Of a stretch of 64,000 nt of DNA, positions 48,133-55,535 are shown one piece after another (positions within the stretch are counted from its first letter, which is position 1; each line of letters starts with the position of its first letter). The DNA comes from an uncultured bacterium. GTDB taxonomy: Bacteria; Abyssobacteria; SURF-5. A program made the position numbers and the translations under genes. Under the pieces are notes generated by a model. The model made no database searches and had not been told where the DNA came from. It saw nothing but the letters and a program-made list of their open reading frames with translations. Location: contig CAYVQZ010000003.1 in assembly GCA_964453435.1 (NCBI GenBank), positions 24,690 to 88,689 on the forward strand. Reading direction: 5' to 3'.

Positions 48133-49425
48133 ATGAAGGCCGCATTGCGAGACGAAAACACCGCCTGTGATTGCGTTGCGGATTTCCTGTCGGCTGTGAA
48201 AATGCTTTCGAAGAAGACATACGACCTGGTTCTCACCGAGCTGAGCCTTCCGGACAGGGCCGGGCAAGAACTTGTCAAGTTGATAGCCGAGAAAAGCCCT
48301 TCCACTCAGATTCTTGTTGTCACATCTTCCGGCGATTCCCGTAAAGTCAGCGAATGCATGGAAATAGGGGCCTTCAATTATCTGCGCAAACCCTTCAAGC
48401 CCGGTCAGCTTCGGTTTCTGGCCAAGACGGCCTTCGACACGCAGCCGCCGAAAAGCGAAAACCTGTTTCTCGAGGGAAGGGAGGCCTTCAGCCAAACAGA
48501 CAACCTGGTTGGGAGAAGCCGGGCCATGCAGAAGGTATACGGACAGATACGCCTTGCGGCGAGCACCGATATTGATGTCCTCCTCACCGGGGAAAGCGGT
48601 ACGGGCAAAGAACTTGTGGCCCGCTCCATTCACCGCGAGAGCAAGCGGTGTGAGGGACCATTCATCGCGGTGAACACGGGCGCCATCGAGTCCAACCTGA
48701 TTTCCAGCGAACTGTTCGGACATGTGAGAGGCGCGTTCACCGGCGCCAGGAACACCCGGAAGGGAATGTTCGAGATGGCGCATGGCGGCACCCTGTTTCT
48801 CGATGAACTCAGCACAATGGACGAACAGACCCAGATAAGCCTTCTTCGCGTATTGGATAACAAGGTGATCACTCGCGTCGGCGGCTCCAAACCAATAAAG
48901 GTGGATGTGCGGATAATAGCCGCCTCAAATGCAATTCTGGAACAAGAGGTTGAATCCGCCCGTTTTCGGGAGGATGTGTATCATCGCCTGAACGTATTCA
49001 CGGTCCACATGCCGCCTCTGCGCAAGCGCACATCCGACATCAAGATTCTTGCCGCCGTCTTCGTCGACCAGTTTTCCCGCGAATTCAATAAGAATATCCG
49101 GGGCATTTCAGAAGAGGCGCTCGCGCTTCTGGAAAATTACGCGTGGCCCGGCAATGTGCGAGAATTGAAAAACTCGATTCAACGGGCTGTGTTGTTGGCT
49201 GAGAGCGATATGATCATTCCGTCCGTGCTGCCGGACCGGTTGCACAGGAAACGTGATGTCTCAACAGGGGTTGCGCTGAAAGTCGGGATGACATTGGAAG
49301 AGGCGGAGCGCGCTCTGATTGCGGCAACGCTTTCGCACGTGAACGGGAACAAGAAGAAGGCTTCGGAGATTTTGGGGATAAGCCGCAAGTGCATGTATAA
49401 CAAGATTAGCAAGTACGCCCTTTGA
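48133..49425 (+). CDS. Sigma-54-dependent transcriptional activator (NtrC/Fis family) with atypical receiver domain
   Basis: The AAA+ core has GESGTGKELVARSIH, GAFTGA and TLFLDE. The C-terminal Fis-type HTH has ASEILGISRKCMYNKI. The coordinate is the first canonical start, but the in-frame upstream codons (48064-48132) encode the receiver beta-1 strand ILIVDAD (see findings). Confidence 0.9.
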   Translation: MKAALRDENTACDCVADFLSAVKMLSKKTYDLVLTELSLPDRAGQELVKLIAEKSPSTQILVVTSSGDSRKVSECMEIGAFNYLRKPFKPGQLRFLAKTAFDTQPPKSENLFLEGREAFSQTDNLVGRSRAMQKVYGQIRLAASTDIDVLLTGESGTGKELVARSIHRESKRCEGPFIAVNTGAIESNLISSELFGHVRGAFTGARNTRKGMFEMAHGGTLFLDELSTMDEQTQISLLRVLDNKVITRVGGSKPIKVDVRIIAASNAILEQEVESARFREDVYHRLNVFTVHMPPLRKRTSDIKILAAVFVDQFSREFNKNIRGISEEALALLENYAWPGNVRELKNSIQRAVLLAESDMIIPSVLPDRLHRKRDVSTGVALKVGMTLEEAERALIAATLSHVNGNKKKASEILGISRKCMYNKISKYAL

Positions 49426-49704
49426 TTGTATATTTATTACACAGAACTCTCGAACATCGCGCCGCCGGTTGTTTTTTCCGTTATATCAGCGATTTTTGAC
49501 AGGCCAAAAAATCGGGGATGTGAAGAATGTGCTCATTTTTTTCGGATATATCGATTATGAGTATTATTTATACATACTACCCCATAATTTTCCCGCATTA
49601 ACGCCGTTCCAACTCTCCTTCCGCAGGATTTTCAACTTTTTCAAAATTAGAACCTCTTTCTTTTCACAGGGTTAGCAGAGGGGCTTCTTAAGAGACCCGC
49701 TCTT

Positions 49705-49720
49705 TGGCGCCATCCGTGCA
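49705..49720 (+). promoter_or_regulatory. Candidate sigma-54 (-24/-12) promoter
   Basis: TGGCGC-CATCC-GTGCA matches consensus TGGCAC-N5-TTGCW with correct GG/GC spacing. It lies ~98 nt upstream of the ATG at 49818 and directly downstream of the sigma-54 activator gene. Confidence 0.65.
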
Positions 49721-49817
49721 CCTTAGAGAGGGAACCTGCCATTCGAAGATTTTTTCCGTAACGGCGCACATCAAGCGCTTTGGTGTGGATTTGAGAGGAT
49801 ATTAAGGCTGGAAACGT

Positions 49818-50180
49818 ATGCCAAAGAAAATAATTCTTTTGCTCAAATCAGGAATAAAATTTGAAAACATGCTCAAGGATTACTTGAGCCAGGAGGGTTT
49901 TGAAGTTGATACCGCGGAAACCGTGGCCGAAGTCCTTTATTATCTCAAGAGGTCGCCTCATTTTCTCCTGGTCGTTGAGCAGGACACATACGAGATGGAC
50001 TGTCTGGAACTTTTTCTAAATGCTCGAGATATTCAATCGAACATCAAAGTTGTTTTCCTCGGTTCGGGTGATCCAAAAAGCAAAGACGAGATAATGAAGC
50101 TCGGAGGAATCTACCTCGATTCCCCCGTTCGGGCGGAAGTCTTCCGGGAAATCATAAACGACGTTCGTAAGGTCAAGTGA
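49818..50180 (+). CDS. Single-domain receiver-like protein with degenerate phospho-acceptor pocket
   Basis: 120 aa with CheY-like periodicity. KIILLLKSG replaces the DD pocket. FLLVVEQDTYEMDCLELFL aligns Glu with the phospho-acceptor Asp. The conserved Lys position reads LDSPV. Confidence 0.65.
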   Translation: MPKKIILLLKSGIKFENMLKDYLSQEGFEVDTAETVAEVLYYLKRSPHFLLVVEQDTYEMDCLELFLNARDIQSNIKVVFLGSGDPKSKDEIMKLGGIYLDSPVRAEVFREIINDVRKVK

Positions 50181-50280
50181 TTACCGGAAGATTGTTCGGT
50201 ATTGAGACTCGGTCTGAGTTCGCCTGGTTGGAACGTGAGGAAAAATCGGCGGAATTCAGAAACAAAGAGGAGATAAAACA

Positions 50281-50967
50281 ATGACAGAAAACGGGCTAAT
50301 CAAGGAACTCCACGCAAACGTGGTCCTCGGCCGGATAGACCGGAATGAAGATTTGTATGAGGAATTAGCCGGACGCCCCGGCGTAACCGAGTTGACCGCC
50401 CAGTGTGTGGAAAAAGGCGTGCCCACGAAACGGATTCTGGACGAGGGCCTGATCAGCGCGATGGATGAAGTCGGCGCGAAGTATGAATCGGGAGAATATT
50501 ACCTGCCGGACTTGATCGCATCGGCCGACGCCATGATAGCCGGCATGGAGATTCTCAAGCCTCTGTTACTGGAGGCTCAAATCCAATCGCGCGGCAAAGT
50601 CATCCTGGCCACCGTGGAAGGCGATGAACATGATATTGGGAAAAATCTTGTGGGCATTATGCTTCGAGCCGCCGGTTTCGAAGTAATCGATTTGGGAACG
50701 CGAGTTCCGGCGGGAGACATTGTGGAAGCGGTGGAAGAACATAAACCGAACGTGCTCGGATTGAGCGCGCTTTTGACATCCACCATGCCGCGCATGAAAG
50801 AGGTCATCGAAGCGTTGGAACGAAACAATCTCCGGAACGGCATGCGGGTGATGGTGGGCGGAGCTCCCGTTTCAAAGGAGTACGCGGATTCCATCGGAGC
50901 AGATGCATATGGAGAGGATGCGTTTGAGGCAGTAGAGCGGGCCAATGAATTGGTGGTTGTATCATGA
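50281..50967 (+). CDS. Corrinoid (B12)-binding protein, methyltransferase-cognate type
   Basis: An N-terminal helical cap is followed by a Rossmann B12 domain with the DxHxxG motif (GDEHDIGKNLV), SxL (LGLSALLTS) and GG (MVGGAPV). Confidence 0.9.
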   Translation: MTENGLIKELHANVVLGRIDRNEDLYEELAGRPGVTELTAQCVEKGVPTKRILDEGLISAMDEVGAKYESGEYYLPDLIASADAMIAGMEILKPLLLEAQIQSRGKVILATVEGDEHDIGKNLVGIMLRAAGFEVIDLGTRVPAGDIVEAVEEHKPNVLGLSALLTSTMPRMKEVIEALERNNLRNGMRVMVGGAPVSKEYADSIGADAYGEDAFEAVERANELVVVS

Positions 50968-51599
50968 TACGAACAGATGCCGACAGTTCAGGACTTGTGG
51001 TTATCGATTCGTTTGACATTCGGACCACGCCGAAATCGGTGCTCAAGAGGATGGGCAGGGGGGTCAGCGAGACCAAATGGGCAGGCGCCGTTTCAAGAGT
51101 ATTTGAACAATATTGGCCGCGAATTCAACCGCGCGGCGTGTTTCGCGTTACCATCTGCCATCCTGACGGAGATTCAATCGGCATCGGCAAAAACCTGGGC
51201 TTCAGAAGCGGATTTTTGCAGGAACGCCTCCCCTATCCGCGACTTTCGGCGATTTTTCTGGTAACCATCGGGGCTGAGTTGGAAGAAGGAATACGCGAGG
51301 AGATGCGAAAGGGCAGGAATCGCAGAGCATACATCTTGGACTGTCTCGGCTCCAACGCGGCCGAAGCGACCGCCGCGGCCATTCATCGAGCGGTCGAGGA
51401 ACAGCTTGACGTTCCAATGAGCCGATACAGCCCCGGCTATAACGATTGGGACATTGCCGAGCAACGAATTCTCTTTGATTTTCTTGGGCGGGACACGGCG
51501 AAGGAAGTGGGAGTTCGCTTGACGCACGATTTCATGATGACGCCGCAGAAGTCAGTCAGCGGCATTATCCTGCCCAGAATGGAACAAAACCCGAATTGA
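50964..51599 (+). CDS. MetH-type (vitamin B12-dependent methionine synthase) activation-domain-like protein, stand-alone
   Basis: The C-terminal block RYSPGYNDWDIAEQRILFDFLG...GVRLTHDFMMTPQKSVSGIILP matches the reactivation-domain signature as I recall it. The start overlaps the upstream stop (ATGA). Confidence 0.7.
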   Translation: MIRTDADSSGLVVIDSFDIRTTPKSVLKRMGRGVSETKWAGAVSRVFEQYWPRIQPRGVFRVTICHPDGDSIGIGKNLGFRSGFLQERLPYPRLSAIFLVTIGAELEEGIREEMRKGRNRRAYILDCLGSNAAEATAAAIHRAVEEQLDVPMSRYSPGYNDWDIAEQRILFDFLGRDTAKEVGVRLTHDFMMTPQKSVSGIILPRMEQNPN

Positions 51600-51687
51600 T
51601 TCCTATCATTCAATCCGCGTTTTCACGCTCACAGAAAACCTCGCGCAGGACGTAAGAAAAGTTGAAAGAAATGAGAGGACAGGAACT

Positions 51688-53184
51688 TTGGAACGAGCGA
51701 TTTCGAGACAGAGGTTTTTGGTAGCTGCGAGAAAAGGAATTGCAGGAGGAGCCTACAAGCCTCTGAGCGATTCCGACCTCGATAAGGTCTGCGACACCAG
51801 TTTCAGGCTCTTGGAGGAGGTCGGCGCTCTGGTGCACGAGCCCACGGCGCTCGACCTTTTCGAAAAGGCCGGGGCCAGGGTGGACCGCGCGTCCGCTGTC
51901 GTCAAGATTCCGCGCCAACTGGTGAAATCTTCCCTCAAAAGTTTACCCTCGAAGGTGACACTGTTCGGGCGAGATGAATCACACGACCTTCACCTCGAGG
52001 ATGCGCGCGTGTATGTGGGAACCGGCGGGACCGCGCTCAACGTTCTCGATTTCGGAGCCCATGAAGTTCGGCCGGCGCAACTGAGCGACCTCCGGTCCAT
52101 CTGCAAATTGGTTGACGCGCTCGACCACGTCCATTTCATCGTGATTCCCACCTATCCCAACGAGTTGGACGTCGCTTGCGTTGACGTCAATCGTTTTTTC
52201 ACGGCGTTGAGTCAAAGCTCCAAACACGTAATGGGCGGTATTTATACGCTTGAGGGTCTGCGCCAGGTCATACGCCTCGCGGAAATAATAGCCGGCGGTC
52301 CGGACGCGTTGCGAGAAAGACCGTTCATATCGGTGATCACATGTGTTATGAGTCCGCTGCGGCTTGACAGCCATTACGCGCATTTGATGATCGAGACAGC
52401 CAAGGCGGGAATACCCGTCTGTGTGCCCGCCGAGCCGCTGGCGGGCGCAACCTCGCCGATTACTCTGGCCGGCACTCTGGCGATGCAAGTTGCCGACAGC
52501 TTGGTCGGCGTCGTGTTGACACAGATAGTCAATCCGGGCACCCCGGTGATTTTCGGGTCGGTTGCCACAACGACCGACCTGCGGGACATGAAATACCTTG
52601 GGGCCTCCATCGAGAGCGGACTCTTAAACGCGGCGGGAGCCCAGGTGGCCCAGCATCTTCGGATTCCCTATTATGCGACCGCCGGAATGAGCGACGCGAA
52701 GACCATTGACGCTCAGTGCGGATACGAGGCCGCTCTCACGTTGCTGCTCACTGCGCTCTCGGGAGCCAACTACATCCACGACGCGGCCGGACTCATGGAG
52801 TTTGCGAACACGGTGAGCCTCGAGAAATACGTTATCGACGACGACATCATCGGCATGGTGATGCGGGCCGTCGAGGGGATTCGAGTGAACAAAGACACGC
52901 TGGCCTTCGACGCCATTCGAAGGGTTGGACCCGGCGGCAATTTCCTCGCGGAGCGGCACACGGCGAAACACATGAGGAAAGAGCACTACATGCCGACAGT
53001 CGCCGATCGCTCCCGGCGCGACCAGTGGCTCGCCGCAGGCACGAAAGACGCATACGCGCGAGCACACGAGAGGGCGATGCTGTTGCTCGAGTCCCACACG
53101 CCCGCGGCTCTGTCGAACGATGCCCTCTCGCGAATACGGGCAGAGTTTTCGGAAGTCCTTGCGGACGGCAACGAGGAGAGCTGA
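51688..53184 (+). CDS. MttB-family (trimethylamine methyltransferase superfamily) corrinoid methyltransferase, non-pyrrolysine, paralogue 1
   Basis: TTG start, 498 aa. The N-terminal block is LSDSDLDKVCDTSFRLLEEVGALVHEPTALDLFEKAGARVD. It also has GTGGTALNVLD and the C-terminal GPGGNFLAERHT. There is no in-frame stop. Confidence 0.85.
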   Translation: MERAISRQRFLVAARKGIAGGAYKPLSDSDLDKVCDTSFRLLEEVGALVHEPTALDLFEKAGARVDRASAVVKIPRQLVKSSLKSLPSKVTLFGRDESHDLHLEDARVYVGTGGTALNVLDFGAHEVRPAQLSDLRSICKLVDALDHVHFIVIPTYPNELDVACVDVNRFFTALSQSSKHVMGGIYTLEGLRQVIRLAEIIAGGPDALRERPFISVITCVMSPLRLDSHYAHLMIETAKAGIPVCVPAEPLAGATSPITLAGTLAMQVADSLVGVVLTQIVNPGTPVIFGSVATTTDLRDMKYLGASIESGLLNAAGAQVAQHLRIPYYATAGMSDAKTIDAQCGYEAALTLLLTALSGANYIHDAAGLMEFANTVSLEKYVIDDDIIGMVMRAVEGIRVNKDTLAFDAIRRVGPGGNFLAERHTAKHMRKEHYMPTVADRSRRDQWLAAGTKDAYARAHERAMLLLESHTPAALSNDALSRIRAEFSEVLADGNEES

Positions 53185-53994
53185 GTGATTGTTATAGGAG
53201 AGAAAATCAACGCCACGCGAAAATCCGTGAAGCACGCGTTGAAAGAGAAGAATCTGGATTTCATACGACAGCTCTGCGGCGAACAGGATTCGGCCGGAGC
53301 GGACTATATCGATGTGAACGTCGGCGCCGGCGAAGACGACGTCGACTTCGAGACAAGAACAATGGTGTGGCTTGTGAAGGCGCTCGAAGAGGTAACAGAA
53401 AAACCTCTTTGCATCGACAGCGCAAATCCGGCCGTGATCGAGGCTGGCGTGAAGGCCTGCACGCGGGCAAAGCCCATGATTAATTCAGTGAACGGAACAG
53501 ATTCGAGAATGGACGCCATCTTCCCGCTTGCCTCCGAGTGCGGATGCCCCGTCATTGCGCTCGCCATGAACGAGGAGGGAATACCGGCCACACCCGAAGA
53601 ACGCGTCTCCATTTGCAGGCAAATTCTGGAACGCGCCAGTTCGTATGAGATTCCGAACGAAAACCTCTTATTCGACCCGCTCGTGCTGCCACTGTCCACG
53701 GGAGAACAACAAGGAACGATAACTCTCGACACGATTTCCCTTCTGAAAAGCTCACTGGACGGAGTGCGAACCGTGGTGGGCCTGAGCAACATATCGTTCG
53801 GGCTGCCTCACCGCTCGCTCATCAACGGAGCGTTCCTCGTATTGGCGATCGGGCGTGGGGCCGACGCGGCGATTTTCGACCCCACGAACGCGAAACTGCT
53901 CTCGCAACTGCGGGCCGCAGAGGTGGTAGCGGGCAGTGACCGCAGATGCCGGCGCTACACCCGCGCTCACAACACCGGCCAATTGACTGATTAA
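53185..53994 (+). CDS. Pterin-binding methyltransferase (methylcorrinoid:tetrahydrofolate methyltransferase, MtgA/AcsE/MetH pterin-domain-like)
   Basis: The GTG start immediately follows the upstream TGA. Motifs are IGEKINATRKSV, DYIDVNVG, CIDSANP, INSVNG and GLSNISFGLP. Confidence 0.85.
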   Translation: MIVIGEKINATRKSVKHALKEKNLDFIRQLCGEQDSAGADYIDVNVGAGEDDVDFETRTMVWLVKALEEVTEKPLCIDSANPAVIEAGVKACTRAKPMINSVNGTDSRMDAIFPLASECGCPVIALAMNEEGIPATPEERVSICRQILERASSYEIPNENLLFDPLVLPLSTGEQQGTITLDTISLLKSSLDGVRTVVGLSNISFGLPHRSLINGAFLVLAIGRGADAAIFDPTNAKLLSQLRAAEVVAGSDRRCRRYTRAHNTGQLTD

Positions 53995-54002
53995 GGAGAA
54001 CC

Positions 54003-55535
54003 ATGAGAGGTGTTATGTCCCGAAAAATGAAGACAGAGACGATTCAAAGGCAGGGAGTTCTCGTTGACCCGTACAGACGATTGACGAGTCGACAAATCAG
54101 GGCCATACATGAGGCTTCCCTCGATATCCTTTGGGAAGTCGGAATAACGTGCAACAACCCGAGGATTATCGAGTTGTTGGCCGCGAACGGAGCGGCGATT
54201 GACAGAAAGAACGGCGAAACGGTGGCGAAGCTTCCCGCAAAGCTCGTCGCGCAAGCCGTGGAAAGTTCTCCCCGCGCCGTCGTGCTCGGCGCGCGCAACC
54301 CCGATAATCGTTTGATTCTTGATGCGCGGGAACCACGAGTGAGATTTGGCACAGGCTCGGAGACGAATATATGGCTGAGCCTGGAATGGGAGAACAACAC
54401 TATCCCCGGCTTCCGCGAGCATCGGGGAACTCTCGAGCGACTCTGCAAGTCCGCCCGTTTGTGCGACCACTTGGAGTCGGTCGATTTTTTCATCCGGAAC
54501 GTGAACATTCAAGACGAGAACATAGACGATGATAACAAGGATGTCAACGTCTTCTTTGGCAGCCTCAGCAATATAACCAAGCATGTAATGGCAGGTATTA
54601 ATAATGTGGAAAAACTGGCGGACGTGGTTCGAATGGCCGAACTCATAACAGGCGGCGCCGATGCTTTTCGGGCCAACCCGATTATTTCTTTCATCACCTG
54701 CGTCATCAAGAGTCCGTTGCAGTTGGTCGATGACACGGCGGACAAGTTGGTGGCGATAGCCGAGCGGGGCATACCGCTTGTTATCTCTTCGTCTCCCCAG
54801 GGCGGCGCAACGGGGCCGATTGACGAGGGGGACATGGTCGCGATGATTAACGCCGAAATCCTTGCCGGCGTCCTCCTTGCCCAGCTTGTCCGGCCGGCGG
54901 CGCCGGTGCTGTATGGCGCTGTGCCCGCGCGAGCGCGAATGGACACCCTGCACAACATGTATGGAGCGCCCGAGACGAACCAGTACAACATTGACTGCGT
55001 TCAGATGGCGCGATTCTACGATATTCCGTGCTATTCGACCGCCGGGGTGAGCGACGCCGCGATACCGGGCATTCAAACGACGATGGAGAAGATGTTGTCC
55101 CATCTGAGCGTAACGATGAGCGGACCCCAGTACCTGCACTATGCCTTCGGCCTGCTCGACAAAACCAACATCTTCTGTCCGGCGCAGGCAGTGCTCGACG
55201 ACGCGCACATCGCAGCGGTCAAGCATTTCTGCCGCAAGCCGGAAATAACCAAAACAAGCCTGAACAAAGGCGTCGCTCAGCTCAAACAGGTGATGGATTC
55301 CTCTCACAAACTTTTCGCGAGATACGCCCGGAAGGGAATGCGGTCAGGCGCTATCTCCCGACCCTACCCGTTCGAAGCCGCCGCGCTCGAGGACACGACA
55401 CTGTTCCAGGCCGATTCCGTCGCGCGCGAACTGATGGAAAAGACCGTGGAACCGATTCCCGACGATGTCGTGGAGAGAATCTTCGCGGCGCTCCCGGGAA
55501 TCGTGTCCCAACTGAAGCCGGCGCTGAGAGAATGA
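54003..55535 (+). CDS. MttB-family corrinoid methyltransferase, non-pyrrolysine, paralogue 2
   Basis: AAGGAG RBS, 510 aa. It is collinear with paralogue 1 (IRAIHEASLDILWEVGITCNNPRIIELLAANGAAID; STAGVSDA) but only ~30% identical by eye. Confidence 0.85.
   Translation: MRGVMSRKMKTETIQRQGVLVDPYRRLTSRQIRAIHEASLDILWEVGITCNNPRIIELLAANGAAIDRKNGETVAKLPAKLVAQAVESSPRAVVLGARNPDNRLILDAREPRVRFGTGSETNIWLSLEWENNTIPGFREHRGTLERLCKSARLCDHLESVDFFIRNVNIQDENIDDDNKDVNVFFGSLSNITKHVMAGINNVEKLADVVRMAELITGGADAFRANPIISFITCVIKSPLQLVDDTADKLVAIAERGIPLVISSSPQGGATGPIDEGDMVAMINAEILAGVLLAQLVRPAAPVLYGAVPARARMDTLHNMYGAPETNQYNIDCVQMARFYDIPCYSTAGVSDAAIPGIQTTMEKMLSHLSVTMSGPQYLHYAFGLLDKTNIFCPAQAVLDDAHIAAVKHFCRKPEITKTSLNKGVAQLKQVMDSSHKLFARYARKGMRSGAISRPYPFEAAALEDTTLFQADSVARELMEKTVEPIPDDVVERIFAALPGIVSQLKPALRE

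Noticed and set aside
48055-48783. 242-aa minus-strand ORF
   Set aside because: It is antisense to the receiver and AAA+ part of the sigma-54 activator. The plus strand carries Walker A and GAFTGA.
50281-53994. Interpretation as a split methionine synthase (MetH)
   Set aside because: B12, pterin-binding and activation modules are present. However, no homocysteine S-methyltransferase domain is encoded in or near the operon, and MttB-family genes occupy that position instead.
53991-55307. 438-aa ORF on the minus strand
   Set aside because: It is entirely antisense to the MttB-2 gene, whose plus-strand translation has clear family motifs and an AAGGAG RBS. The minus-strand product is Arg/His/Val-rich with no recognisable domain. 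It is a typical shadow ORF.
55028-55531. N-terminal 168 codons of the track ORF 55028..56803
   Set aside because: This part lies inside MttB-2 in another frame and translates to an Arg/Gly/Pro-rich sequence. The methyltransferase homology begins after the ATG at 55532, which overlaps the MttB-2 stop.
51688-55535. Possibility of pyrrolysine-encoding MttB genes
   Set aside because: Both MttB-family ORFs are continuous with no in-frame TAG, and no pyl genes are in the window. They belong to the non-Pyl branch.
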